From: Phoronis australis
Lineage: Eukaryota > Animalia > Phoronida
Direction of reading: 5' to 3'
Length of the DNA stretch: 64,000 nucleotides
NCBI GenBank assembly: GCA_002633005.1
Contig: NMRA01000571.1
Coordinates: forward strand, 143,299 to 207,298
Positions 1-15,200 of the stretch are shown here, piece by piece. The translations under genes and the position numbers were made by a program. The notes below the pieces were generated by a model. It made no database searches, was not told the DNA's origin, and saw only the letters and a program-made list of their open reading frames with translations. Position 1 is the first letter of the stretch. The number at the start of each line of letters is the position of its first letter.

Positions 1-186
1 AGGGGTTTTGATTCTGTGCTACTGCTAATTTCTGCAAGTTAATTTAGTTTTCTCAGCAACAAGAACATTTAAGAAGACGGATTTTTCATTAATAAATTTT
101 GCACACTTTACTTACAATAAATGGCACTCTGAACCTTTTCTATCACAATGAAATGAACAGATGAAATAACAAGTTGCAACACTTAC

Positions 187-293
187 GGTTCTCTGCAGAT
201 CCCTGATACGCAGGTGCCTTAGGTACAAGAAAGACATGTACCCCCCTTGAATACTGGCCGGACTGTTGTTGTCTTGGTCACCTTCATCAAGCC
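187..293 (-). CDS. CCDC162: CCDC162-like exon (GLDEGDQD...GGYMSFLYLRHLRIRDLQRT)
   Basis: attag acceptor, gtaagt donor; within ORF 112..312. Confidence 0.85.
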
Positions 294-3200
294 CTAATAC
301 AAAGAAAGCCACAACGGTAAAACCACAAGATGGAATGCCTACCTAGAATGGTTCAGTAGAGCAGACGTGCACATGTCTATCAAGATGCATTCTTCAGTTC
401 TGCTATCATTAGACAATCAACTCAAATACTTTGGTCAGTGTCCAGGATTAGATTCTCCTCTTTGACAGAGGAAGAAAAATGCAATTTGATTTATTTAGTA
501 TATATTTCAAAATCTCACACATTCCCATGTTAATCAACAAGGCAGACATTTTTGCTAATGCCTTGTTGCAAGCTTAAATGCAATATCACGACAGTTTGCT
601 TGCATTACAAAAAATACGATAAAATGCATTCCTTGAGACACTTTTTACCACATCTGCACGACTGCGAGTAAACGGAAAAAATTCTTGACACATCATGTGT
701 TGCATTGTGGGTAAATACCTTAAAATGAGAGTGGTGCTGTGGTATTTTAGGATGGGCCTATTGAGCTGGCCACAAAGTGACGGCATTATTGTGTGCTTAG
801 TGCCACTCAAGTCCTAATCATAATAAAGAATTCAAAATGAATGCTCGACATGTAATCAAAGAAACTGGCCTTGGCTGATTACTTGGATGGCAGCAGATTG
901 ACCACATGACTCAGCACACTCAGGGGAGATAACACGGGTGTCGCCATGCCCACTGCCACAAGATGGCATCACCTACCTAGCATCTGAACAGTGTTCATGT
1001 AGTCATAGCTGTCCCGCCTCTTTCTGGCACTCGTCGTACGCTGACGTCCCGCTGCTGAGAAGTTCACATTATCAGCTTCCTTATCATCCAAATCCAGCAT
1101 AGCAACATCCTCGCTGGACTTGCGGCTGCAAGAAACCAGTTTGAATGATCAAATTCTAATAGGTATGGTTCCATTATTTTCCAGAGGACTGTGAATGTGT
1201 GATCTTTGAAATGATGACAATGAACATGAGTGTTAACGACACCAATCAAGGTGATGTTGATAAGAATGTTATGAGGATACGAGTGATACTGTCAGTAAAA
1301 CTGCTACAAACACAATCTTAAAAATACTTTGACGACATATTACAATATTTTCATTTGCGTGACTGTTGTTTTCATCACTGATATTAATTTCTTGCTATGC
1401 AACGTCTGAGTTACCCTTTTTCGACATTTATTTCTCAACAAATGCATAGGAATGAAAAAAAGATTTTATAAATCATACATTTCACCAATTTTACAAACGG
1501 GAAATCCCTTAATTTAAAACAACAACAAAATTTTATTTCAGCCAGGTACCCACCTAGCAAACAGTTCGGGGTTGGTGTAGATCTTCCTCCAGATGGCACT
1601 GGTGTGGTTCTTTGTCTTGTTAGAGGTCACTGAGGCCGAATTGATTTTGCCGGGGTCACGGACCGAATAGGCATGTTGGCGTAGAGCATCCAGTACACGC
1701 TAGAATGGCAGATGAGAATTACACGGACTTGTGGTACACAGCCGCTGAATGTGTGACTCAGAGAAACTCCAAGAAATACAGACAGTCTAAAAACATTCAA
1801 CATCACAAAACAAATTCATGGTAGAGGTAGGTAAAGAATTATCACTGAATTAAAAACCTGTTCAGTGAAAGAGGCACATGGGATCCAAACCAATTCAAAA
1901 ATGTCTAGAGATTATAATGGCACACTACACATAGTATAAATTCAATCGAATGTAAATGCGAAAAACAAGCTATAACAGAAGCACCTGGCTGACTAACATT
2001 AAACTACCATAGAACGTGTTCATATTTTGCACTACAAAAGTGTTGCAGAACAAGATGGCCACAAAACGAGATGGTCAAGAAACAAAATGGCTGCAAAACA
2101 AGATGGCTGCAAAACAAAGTTGGATGGAAAAACATAATGCTGGGCTCCTAGAGAAAGGTTGCATAACCCTTACATCAGCGTCCTGGATCTTGATGAACTG
2201 AGCTTGCGCCTTGAGCAGAACATCGACCTTGGCCTTCATGCGGAGGTCAGTGAGGATCTTCTCCTGGTGGGGGTCTGACTCAGCCTGAAGCTGGATGAAC
2301 GGCACCCAGTTGCACATTTGTTTGATGGCATGTGTCGAGTGATCGGCACCCCAGCTCTCGTGACCAATCTGAAACGAAAGCAATTACACAAAACTAGACA
2401 GCATCGAGGTTTTGCTGGAAGCTTTTTTGAATTTCTGGGTTCATAACCAAGGCCCCTTTATCAATACAGATGATCCCTGCTCAAAGACGAGCAAACAGCA
2501 AATCCCTTAATATGTTAATAAAAGTGGCTCTGCTCACTGCTAAGTGAAAGCAGCTCATGTCATATTGACAGGAAGCTGAAACTGAGATCAGTGGTAACTC
2601 GCTGAAATAAAGGACGGCAAATTTAATAGCAAACGAGGAGTGGAACTCCTTATATCAAATTCAAACAAAAAGTGGTACTGCAGGGACCCCGTATATTGAT
2701 GACGAAGGCAATTCCACCTTTATTCCAAAACTGAAAGTTTGCAAAGTATGATAATCTGTCAAATGTTACAGTACCTTTCTCAGTGAAGTCAGAAGATGTC
2801 AGAAGTAAAAAAGGCTTACCTCTATCCTGTCGTAAGTCTTAAATGTTTTCATGGTTTCTTGACGCATAAAGAAGTTCTTGAACTTCCTGTTCACAGCGGC
2901 GTACAGTTCCATCTCATCAGCTGTTGAGTTGATTGTGCTGACATCCTAAAATGCAAAACTTCACTTTTTAAAAAAAATTGTTGTTTGCAAACAAAACAAT
3001 GGAAAAAACATGAATTTAGCTAATACATCAAAAAAGTCCTGAATTAAAAAAACTGGCAAAACCAAATGAGCATATTTTGACTTGGAGGTACGATGCTTCT
3101 TGACAAATGACATCATGGGGAAGCTGCACTGCCACCTGGTGGGCATCTTCCCTCCCTGAATGCATTTAGTAGTATCCGTTGTTGGCAACTGGCTACTATT

Positions 3201-6200
3201 TTAGGCCATAGGCATACAAAAAGCAATGTGGGTTACCAAAATACGATACTTTAATTAATGAACAAACGTTGTAACACCCTGAGTGGACACCTCCCTTTCC
3301 CTATTACAAACACCAATGAAATCACTTATTATGTCATTGAGCAATTGCACAAAAAACTACTGTTTGGGGCATCATACCAGTTTCTGCTCTGATAACTGTA
3401 AATCTTGTCGAGACGCTTACGTGTTACCACGTCCAGCCCTCATTTTTTACAATTTACATTAGTACGTGACTATTTCATCTGCCGTCAAACCTCATATACT
3501 CAGCAGTAACACTACTGTCATACTGTCAGGCATTACAGTCATTTCCCTCCAAATCAACATAATCCATAACTCATTACTCACATAGGATATTGCATAGATG
3601 TGTACTAAGTAATTGAGCAGAGGTTTCAGTTTCTCGACGTCATTGATGTGAAGAGGAAGCCCAAGGTTTTCCTCGTCCGAGGCGCGTCCGCCCCCTGAAA
3701 GTGCATTACACGGAACAGAATTAACTCACATTAAAATATCAAACAGCAGTTAACGCAAGCTCCCAAACTACTGCCAAGATGTTGTCTTCCTAGTTTCCTA
3801 AAATTTATAGTATTTGCTCTTTTAAAAAATCAATTGATCGTGTAAGATCTATACTTAGTCTATGACTATTGTTAATGAAGGTAAGTAACAGCACCATTGC
3901 TGAACACTCCACTTTTTGTGAGAGCCATTGAATATAGTTACACTGATGTTTTCATACTTCTTTACTGCCTCTTGTGTGATATTATTCAACAGTGAAATTG
4001 ACTATACACAGGCAACATTGCTTGGAAATGTGTAGTACTAATCATCTACTTCACTGTCGAGTGCCTGGGATGTAAACTCTGTATACGAAACATGACTCAA
4101 GATATCGATCAATTAGATGTTATGCTTTGAATAAACCTACAAATCTTTACTCGATTCATACAGCGCGATTGGTTAAACTTGAGTCGGAGTCGAGTCTGAG
4201 TTTGGCGAATTGAGATCCTGGTGATGCTAGACGGGACATTGTAGACTTTACCATTATACTGATTCCGTAAGACAATTCTACGTGGCATAACAGAAAGACA
4301 TTTAATGCATTAACTTACCCGCAGCAGCTGCAGCGTACGCAAATGAGATGGTGGGCAAGGGATTGCTGGTAAGTAGGGTGGGATTAATGGCGGGTGGGGC
4401 TGTGGGGATGGGGAAGACCACTGTGGCCTCGGGGATGGTGGTGGTGTTTGCTCGGAAAGAGCGCTTGGAGCTAAATGGCATATAGTTGTCCTCCTGGTAA
4501 CGCGACGGGATCTTTGGTTCTCTTGCGGACACATCCTGAAAACGATTGAAAACGACTATTGCAACAACTCGTCTAAACTTCAGTAATAACTGACTGGCAG
4601 GAGGAAGCGGTGAATTAAATAAGATTAAATTAGATACACTAGTACGAAAAATAAGATATGTACGCAATATACAAAGCACAAAACAGTGTTTTGAAAAGGT
4701 CTTTAATCAGTGGTATGGCAATATGTAAACAAACAATGTGGTCAGTAATCAATACATTCCAGAAGCAGGACTATCTCCCATCAGAGGAGGTATTGCCAGT
4801 TATCAGCAATGGAACAAACCACCTTGAGCAAACCCCGATAACATTCAGTTAAAGCAGTTATAAAATCACCTTCCATCACAAAAATAACTTTTGATTAAAA
4901 CTGCTTATTTAACATTCTGAAATCGGTCTCAAACTGTTTTGATGGAATTAAGGGGGTACTAATTAATTGGTTTAAACTGTACTTTTCGCGTTAATTTGTC
5001 ACAACGTTTTATTTTATCCACTGAGCACGGTCACAAGCATTAACGAACTGTCAGATTTTTCAAGCTCAAATCTCACAAGTTGTTGATGTCAGTGTTTAAG
5101 TAAAGTGGTCTCAATCAAATTAATGCTTTTCTTTTATGAGACGCAGGTTTAACGCTGAAAGAAAAGCACAGCTGACACAACCAGCTCTGCTAAACAACTC
5201 CTTGTGAATCAAGAACCACAAAATTTTATTGATAAGATATTTGTAGTTAATGGCATGGCAATTTTTCCTGTAATTTTATATTTCCAGTCTTCCCACCAGC
5301 GTGGAAACCACATTAAAGTCGCACCATATTAACAAAGACCAGCCAAACAGTATGCCATCCCATACCAGAGACTTGCAGTTTTTAATAAAATGACACCGAC
5401 AAAAAAGGGCTTTCCCTTTAATTCCTAGGAGTTGTGTCCTCACCTCCTCTTCCTTGCCTTCCTTTGGCCCCGGTGTGATGACAGTCTTGTGACTAACAGG
5501 TAACCACTGGATAATCTGAAACAAGAAATCGATGCACCAATGAAATAGCTCAAACACACCGCGCGCAAAACATTAAATGTAGACTTCAACCTGGGTTCAC
5601 AGAATTTAGTGACTTAACATCCCACAGGACTGTTGGGGGGGGGGGGGGGGGGAANNNNNNGGGGGGGGGGGGTGAGGAATGGTAAACACGAGGAGTGACT
5701 TTATAACTGAGGCTTTTTTCATACTAATGTCGACACGTCCATGTTTTGGGGAATTGCAGTCCGTACTAACGGTAAACTTCAGTCCTGGATCAAAGTTAAT
5801 AGCGCCCACTAAACAGGTGGATTTAACAGTGGAGCATCAGCGGCATGAATGGTCTCATCGAAGTAATCGCCTGAAGGGGTCATTGCTATCAGCAACTGCA
5901 GGGAATTGTTTTCGTTAATAGCTGTTTCAATTTTGCTGGCATAATCACCAATCGAATAAGAAATAAGTTTTATGTCAATGAGCACACCCAAATGTTCTCA
6001 AAGTGTCACATTAATAAAAATCTTAGCATGCACAGGGTGCACCAGCACTACCTTGTGATTACAGCAGCGCCACCCACCATGTATTTCCACACCGTTGACT
6101 ACCGAAGCTGGAATGAACGATTTAATTAACTTCGCACTTTACGTCGACGCTATGCCCATACCGGAGTTAAGTTAGTATAAAAGGTTCCTAATAACCAGGG

Positions 6201-9200
6201 GCTGAGTTTCATAAAATTATAGGTCCACCTGTACCAAGTCTGTCATAAGAGATTTCATAAGAACAAAGTTAACCATTGTGGCTATGGTAACTCTTCACTT
6301 CTATAGCACCAGGCCATATTTCCATTATATCACATACGTTGTCACCTAATATAACTACACCTCACAATTGTATACTCACAGTAGACAATATTTAAAGGAA
6401 TCATGCAAGTAAAAATATTAGTGTGGTGCTATATACTTTTCACTTGCAACATCAGTTTTCTATTCAGTGAATATTATCTAAGTGACATTTGATGATATTA
6501 GCAAACTCTGTATTGACACTTCATTTCACAACCCACAATCAATCAATATGACTTTGAACCTGGTGTTTAACCACTAGTTTCCTTTCAATCGAATAATGGC
6601 AATGCGTCCTTCAAGATCAAGGAAAAAGTCGCAATAGAACACTGTGGTAACAATCCACAGAATGGTGAATATATGCAGGAGGTATTGCCAGTTATCAGCA
6701 ATGGAACAAACCATCTTGAGCAAACCCCGATAACATTCAGTTAAACCAGTTATAAAATCACCTCCCATCACAAAAATAACTTTTGATTAAAACTGCTTAT
6801 TTAACATTCTGAAATTGGTCTCAAACTCTTTTGATGGAATTAAAGAGAGTACTAAGTAATTGGTTTAAACTGTACTTTTCGCGTTAATTTGTCATGACGT
6901 GTCATTTTATCCACTGAGCACGGTCACAATTATTACCGAACTGTCAGTTTTTTCAAGCTCAAATCTCACAAGTTGTTGATGTCAGTGTCTATGTAAAGAG
7001 GTCTTAATCAAATGTTTTGCTTTTATGAAACGCGGGTTTAACATTGACAGAATAGCACTGAGCAGATACAACAAGCTCTACTAAACAACTCCTTGTGAAT
7101 CAGCAACCACATATTAACAATATTTGTAGTTTATGGCATGGCAACTTTTCCTGTCATTTTATAAATATTTCCAGTCTTCCCACCAGTGTGGGAACCACAT
7201 TCAATCGCACCATATTAACAAGGACCAGCCGAACAGTATGCCAATAGCAACGTGTGCTATGAACACAGTGACCCCTATTGCAAAACAGTGCCTGATGAAT
7301 CTTAACGCTTATTCACACTGATCAGTTTTCATCCATTACATTCCTGTTGCTTAGTGACCACACTGCTTATGGCAAAGCTTCTCGTTAGAGCACAATATGG
7401 AGGAATAATCAAATTTCATTTTTTTCAAAAACCTCAGAAGAAATAAACAGAAAGAAAATTTTACTTTAAATTGGAACTGGAAAGTTCAAATTGAACAGCA
7501 GTCATCAACAAACAGACCAAGAAATTTTGAGCGTTTTTAATAAATTGTAGTACTGTTTTGAAAAACAAAAAATGACAATATTGGCAATTCAAATTTGGGA
7601 AAACTTTACCTACCATTATCAAATAATTTTTATTAATGGTTGACCAACAAATCTTCTGTACTTGAAAGATCTAACAAAGACTTAGAACACAGTGAATCTC
7701 AACAAATTCGGAACTAAAAATGACCAAAACTGCCATTTTTCAATTTCTAACAATTAGTACATTGTTCTTCTAAATTTAGAGGTGGGCTTTCAACTGAATG
7801 TAGGTCTTAACCCAGGTGACTAAGTGTTATTCAAAACTCTGACAAATTCTGTTTAAACATTACACATATATCAGAGGAGCTTTTCTCAACAAGAACTTAC
7901 AGTGTCAATTAATACCAACTAGCAAACAATAACCCTAAGACTTCTTGTATTTGGCCATGTCAAGTTTCTTAATTAAGTGATAAATTTTAACATATAACGC
8001 CAAACAAACATGTTGAGTAAATAACAACCACATTCCAGCAGACATACGAATTTTATCATCATTTTGTTTCTTGGCAAAGACCAAAAGCTCATGTTAAACG
8101 GCAACAAATGCTTTGAGTTTGTGGATACATAAGGAAGCACAATAAGTAAAAACAGTCTACAGGGTCATCTTTGAAATATCTTTTGTTTACCCTAACCTAT
8201 CCTCACTCTGTAATATGAAGCATTAGTTGGTAAAGTATTGTCAATGTAAGAGTATTACTTTGTTGCATAACTATTTTGTTTAAATCTGAATTAAAACATT
8301 CTTCTGTCAGATTGTAAATATTATTGTTTTAAGTCGAGAGCATATTTTGTAGTCGGCGACGTAAGACGTAGCGTAAGCCTAATGAGGCAAAAAGAAGACC
8401 AATAGGACCCTTGAACATTATTTCAAATTTCAAAGTTCAATTAGAACAGAATATTATTCATTCTGTTTAATTTTTGCCATGTCACCAGCGAAAGTCAAAA
8501 CTATCACCATAGAAACCAGCGAAAGTCAAAACCATCACCGTAGAAACCAGGATCGTGCTACTGCAAATCATCTACAAAACACAATTGATCGCCACTCGGC
8601 AACGCAAATGGTGATCTATAGTTTACGTTTAGCTTAACATCACCCCATGTGTAATTAGCAATACTCGGCTAATGGAGGTTGACACACACAACCAATTAAC
8701 AAACACACTGACGGTATTCAGCAAACTGATACACTTCCTGTCAATTAATAATGAACAAAAGCCGCTGTGGATACACTTAACACTGCAGTGTCCAGTGTCA
8801 TTAATCCTCCGATGATACGCCGCTTGAAAGCAAAATGAGAGTGAGCGTACTTTATTGATTTTCTACTTCACGCTGATTGCCTGGTTGAGAAGTTAATCCA
8901 TAATTCAAGTTTTCTGAACAAGCTCAACATGACTGCCTGGCTTCCTCTTTTACTGAATATTTGTTTTCCACGACTTCTCCAGGATATGATTTTCTTCTAC
9001 CATAACAACATGCACTGTGCCAACTCTCATTGTTACAATTTTTTCTATACATATTATAAAAACCTCGTAAACCTTTAATCCAGATCACTTACCCTCAGAA
9101 ACTGATTGATCTTCTTTACAGAGTGCAAATGTCCCACCAACCAACGCAGATAGATGAGTATGTCATCAACTTTTATCGCCTGCAGGGCGGCGCTGAAGTT

Positions 9201-12200
9201 GTCGGCAAGCAGCGACTCGTGAACGACGGACAGTCGCTTGGCACGACCCACACAGTCATTGTACTCAGCCATGATGTGACTGAAAGGAAAAAAGGAAATG
9301 CAGATTCTTAAATATCAACACAACGCGCTCTTTTTTCTTGAAGTGTATGGGGTTCAGTCAAAGCACAAAACCAGATAGCCTCACTGGGGTTTTCTTTACT
9401 GTAAACAAAACTGTGATGCAAACTACTTTAGACTAAGTCCTTTTGGAACAAGCACTTCCATCAAAGTTGTTGGAAATTTGTTTAACGGAAAATGGTAGCA
9501 ATCATTTCATCAATTTCATCACATTCGACTCCTCAGTGGCCTATTTTCTAGACGTTTCCATTCAATTTTCGAAATATGTGCCGTAGCTCAACACTTAACA
9601 TAACGCCTACTCGCCAAATGCGACGTGGCAAAATTCCCAGGTGGCCAATCAGAAACTGAGAAGCACTCCAGATCGTCTGAAATGACTTTCTACTGCATGT
9701 CTCACATGATTGGTGACAATGCCCTCGGGCCCAATATCTCTATCACGCACAGAAGTCTAACTTCGTAAGACAGGCAAACATCGTCGGACCCTTCCAATGT
9801 TTGCCGAATGATTTCAAATTCCCTCAGACTATTTCTTATAACATATTTGGCATGAGTACTTTCTAAATCAAAACCCAATCAGGTGGAAAGGATACACTGA
9901 ACAGGCTTAGCTCATCAATCACAGACAAATAGCAAAATAATTCAAATCATAAAAATAGTGTTTTCAGCAACTTTTTGAGAATTTAATTTACGACTGAAGA
10001 GCCTCTGTAACCAATGAAGTGCCCTCAAGTCAGGGGGTACAGTCACATATACTCACACAAGCTTCTTCTGGTAGGCAGGGTACAAGGCCTCAATGGTACT
10101 GGAGTGTTCGCAGAATCGTTTCCAACGCAACATGTGCATATGTTTAGACTGTACCAGCTGACGGATGCGGTCGGTGAAATACTGGAAGTGAAGAGGATTG
10201 TGGGCATTAAAAGCAACATGTGCCTGAGCAGCAAACAGATTTGGTTCTGTGGTCAGTTTAAGTCAAAAATCATCACACGCTTTACTGATTAATTTCTAAA
10301 AAACTATACTTTGTCTCAGCAAAAGTAAAGCCTCCCTAAAAATATCCCCATAATAGCAAGTTGCTCTGAAAAAATTCATGAATTATTTCTAAACAGTGAT
10401 CTGCCAACAATTACATGACAAAACTTTATTCGGCAATTTTATGAACTCGGAGCTTAAGTTAAAATTTCTGACTGAAGTCTTCAGTCACCCTTCATGAAAC
10501 AAGCCCGTGGACCATCAAATACAGGAAGTGACAAGTGGGAGTTGAAAAAAGATGTGCATTTGGTTGGACTGTACCAGTTGCTAGATACAGAACAGGAAGT
10601 ACAGGAGAATTGTGGGAGACCATTGTGGCAAACCATAAATTTAAAGGAGTTAACCTTTATAATTCATAATGGTGTCCAATGATTTTAATATAATATTCCT
10701 TAAATTAATTTCCCATAAACAAAAAGCAGGACCTAGCTTTCTAGCATGTCTTATGTAACAGCACCCTAGGAGGCAGTGTGGCCTAGTATGATAGGTGTCT
10801 CCTTCCTATACTCAAGGTCGTAGGTTCGAGTCCCACTGGGTCACACTGCTAAACCCCTGAGTCAAGTTTCTAGCTCCTCACCTCCATTTTAGCTATATAT
10901 TAATAAAGCATAAAAATGATTCCAACTGGACCACATGCGCGGCCAGCGCACGTCTGGTACAACGTGTATCAGACTGCCAGCAATTATTTTTTTAACAGCA
11001 CCCTGCTATCTCCTTTTTTACTTGTGACTAAGTTCTACCATATAAGGGAAAAGGAGGCGGGTTTCAAAAAGGAGGCGGGTTTTAGCTGTCACCATACCTG
11101 ATGAAGTAGAAGAGGAAGACTGTCGACTGTGTACTCCAGCTTGTCAGCGTTGTGAAGCTCACTTTTCATGGCCTCAGCTTGGAGGATGAGGGGATTGGCT
11201 TTGCACACCTAGGAAGGAGAGAGGGATTAGTGCGATAATCTTACACACTTAGGCTACAGACAGGGAAAAACTTGTAGTCTTACATATCAAGAGTAGAGTC
11301 AGTGATAGCACAGTAGATTTACACACCTAGGATAGAGGCATGGAATACTACCGTAAAACGGTAGTCTTAAAACCTAGGGAAAGGAGACCTGGAAAGAAGA
11401 CAACAAAGGGTCAGCACCTGACTTTGCTATTTCATGGCAGCTTATTTTCTCTCTTGAAAACAGAAACTCAGCTGCGAAGAGCATCCACAATAGTTGGTGA
11501 AATTTGCTCTAGACATAATATCGCACTTAGGTTGACCTTGATTTTCAGGCGAATTAACGTATTTTTCGGTCTACTTTACTTCTGATTTTTCAGCACAATT
11601 TCAAAGTGCTTACACAGCTGAAAACTAGTAATTGTTCTATGAAAGACAAGGTCTTTCAGGTTCAGTTCCATGCTGCTGTGGCGACCTCACAACAACGAAA
11701 GTTACTTAAAGGGCAATATGGAGTGAACAAATTGGGAAGTCCCTCTCCTACATTTCAAGCTGGTGTGCCATGAGAGAATTATTAATAAAACTAGTCAGTA
11801 CATTCTTAAGAAACCTCTCTGTCGCACTGGGAATTGAACTTTTTTGCACTCTATAGAAAACTACTCGTGCACAACAAATCAGAAAGCAAAAACAGTATTT
11901 TGTAATTCACACCCTGCAGGAAATAAAGACTGAATAGTTGGTGAAAAAATGCAAGACATTGCAGACGTCTTTATGCAATGTCTATCTCAAACAACAAAAA
12001 CCCTAAGAATGCACTTTAGAGTCATAAAACCAAAGTTCCACTAATAAGCTGCTAAAATGTTACTTACATCTAGGCCTCTATGTATTACCAACTTTCGGAG
12101 ACGTCGGAAATATTCCGGATCTTTCGGAAGTACTACGGAGCTGAAAGTAATGGGAAAGATTAGAGATATTGAAATTGATTTTCTCAAAGCGTGACAATTT

Positions 12201-15200
12201 TAGAAAACATGAGATTCAACCCACAGATTTTTATGACCAAGTAGCAAAGGGTTATGGGAAAATTAAAATACTGCCAATAAGTATATCAAGTCGGTTGAAT
12301 CTGAAAACGTGCCTTTATAACTGGTGCAATAAATTTTTCTATCCTTATCTGGATATTCTCAATTGAACAAAAAACTTACAACAGAAAAGTATATCGAACC
12401 ATGCTGAAAGAAATATTACCTGCCTCTACCTGTTTGAAATGCAAATCAATTACAAAACAATGACATTAACCACTACCTACACATCAAAGAGAATAAATTG
12501 AAAAAATGCAGTTTGTGTTTTCGTGGATACCGCAGTGGTCCTCAGCAACATCAAAATACTTAGTCATTTATTATAAACTTCGTTAAAAGACTAGATAAGA
12601 ACTTCAATCAGTGAATTCACTGATTTTGAAGGCGTCAATCAGAAATATCAAGAGTGGCATACATTCAATTCAAAGTACCAAAAGATTATTATAATTAAAT
12701 TACCAACAGATTATTATAATTAAACTACCAACAGATAATTATATTTAAACTACCAACAGGTTATTATAATTCAATTACCAACGAAATGAAGTACTAACAA
12801 CTACACAAATAACACTGAAGTTCAGAGACATCTTTGCAGCAAATAACAAAGAAGGGTAGATCTATCCTATTTTGTCCATGTGTCGCAGACTTGTTTGACC
12901 AACAGAAACGACATATGTGTTAACATTTTGAAGTTATTATAACAGACTGATATGCCTTACATGATGCAAAAGGGATTTTCTAAATATGTACACTAGAAAG
13001 TTACGGTAGAACTTCAGCAAACAACTAATATTAATATCAAATGTTTTAAACAAAAAATTGTCAAAAATTCAAACGTAAAAACAACAGTTGAGGAACATTG
13101 TCCTTTCTCACTACGGTAATGGGTGAAAAGGTATACCAGCTTCTGAACTAAAGCCTCTCAGTACACAAATTTCATACTTGACAGCATTAGTACAACGCCA
13201 AGGAATCTATAAAGGCATGTTATTATTTTTTTAATCTGTCTCTGGCGGGATAAAAGAAGCACGCTTCTTGTTTACTCATGCTTTTGAAATGACAATGCGG
13301 ACACGAAATATTGTGAAATATTCTGCATTTGAGAGCACTGTGCAATCACAATGGCATTGAATTCGGTATTAACACAAGCATGGACCAGCACTAAATAAAT
13401 TTAGTAAATCTGTATTCCTGAATAGCACACTTTTGTACCGCAGACACAGTAAAAGAAATGTCTGGTCATTAATGGGTCATTTTAACACCGCTGTAATAAA
13501 AGATTTATACCCACTGCTGAGTGAAAGTCTGCAGCTATTCAGTAATTGAAAAACTTAAAGACATTTGATTTGTGCAACTGTTTTGCTATTTGAAGCAGTT
13601 AGTAACTCAGACATGTTGTCAGTGGCTACCGTTTGTTTGAAATAGATACTGCAATATGACTATTGTGGAACAGCGGTTCCAGCTTTTATCGAATACAATC
13701 GTTAACAACCCGAGGATTAATCAATTGAGAAACTAAAAAAAACAGAATGTAACTTGACTCTCAAGACCATTGGCTTGTTTCTCGAACTGCCTGTAGTCAA
13801 GTGTGGATTATGCTGTCTTTTCGTTTTAGCTTATAGTCTGCTTCTGGATTTCAGACTTTTGTCCTTGCGCTGTAAGACATATTTGCTGACTTTTAACTTA
13901 AGCCTGATTTCGAGAAAAAGCCATCTGTAGACCACAATACAACAGATTGAACGTGAAAATGCAAGAAACCTAAGTTTAGGTGAACTCGGTCATACCCTAA
14001 GTTTAGTGGATTTCCACAGCAAACTATGAATTTACAAAAAAGTGCATGAATACTTCCTGGGACATAGTTTTTTGTCATTCATCGACACTCACAACAAATC
14101 CAAGCATTTCAAAAGTCTCAAATAGTCAACTTAATCACTGCTTTCTTATCTTGTAAATACAATCTTTCAAAATGACATGAATTGTAATCTCTCGGGTGCA
14201 TTGAACAAAGTGATTTATGGTGACGAGTTCATTTCTTTAATTAAATGGCGTCCCAACTCCCACAGTTACTGGAAGAGAGGCATTTCCAACTTGCCAGACA
14301 GAACACAGAAGACTTTTAAGCTCGAAATTAAGATGCCAAAAATTTTGGGATACAGAATGATTCAATAATACAATACTCCATGAAACCCCACCAACATTAT
14401 CAAATTCTTAGGATGATTAATCATCAAAACATAATTCATTATAAAAAGAGATCTAGATGGAAAAAGGACAAATTTGGAAAAAATTAAAACTAAAAAAGAC
14501 TAAAATTAGTGATATTTTATCCTGGTTTTGATGTTTTGCTTATTTGTTAACTAAAATGGTCATAGTCCCTCACGGGATCTTGCATTTTGAGAACCAGTTT
14601 TCTCCACTGAATAACACGCATCAAACTGGTTCTCAAAAAAACCAGGACCCCCTATAAGAATATACGGTATTGCCTTTAAACATCATAACCACTTTAATGA
14701 TAACACCGATTTCAAAATGGACACTGTCAGAGATATTAACATCTAATTAAACTACAAAGCAGGTATTACAGGCAATCAAATTACAGATATAAAGCTCTAT
14801 AAACAATTAAATCCATAAATAAGTTTTATATAGAATATTCGTGGAAATTAATACTAAGTGTAGATTGCGAAACTTCACAACAAATGAAGAAAAAATGCAC
14901 AAGTTATACGCCATGAGATAAGACAACATCTAACAAAAATGCAATATGAAAGCTGCTGCAAATAAACAAAAAACGCCAAGCCTTTGTTAGCAGAGCCAAA
15001 ATGTTCCTAAAACATCACCTCTAGTATTGAGACATTTGTGCTACACAAATTGTGGCCGACCCAGATTGGTCCTAGGGTGTACCTGTGTGAGGTATCAAAG
15101 AATGTCCAAGGACTGACACAAATGGAGCCAATGATTTAACATTATGAAGAATCAGTAATATATTTCATAAACAAGAGTTTCCCAGAAGCCACATGTTGTA

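Noticed and set aside
5635-5672. Long poly-G tract (G-quadruplex candidate)
   Set aside because: It is interrupted by Ns, so its length and sequence are unreliable. The same applies to the poly-C at ~23582-23603.
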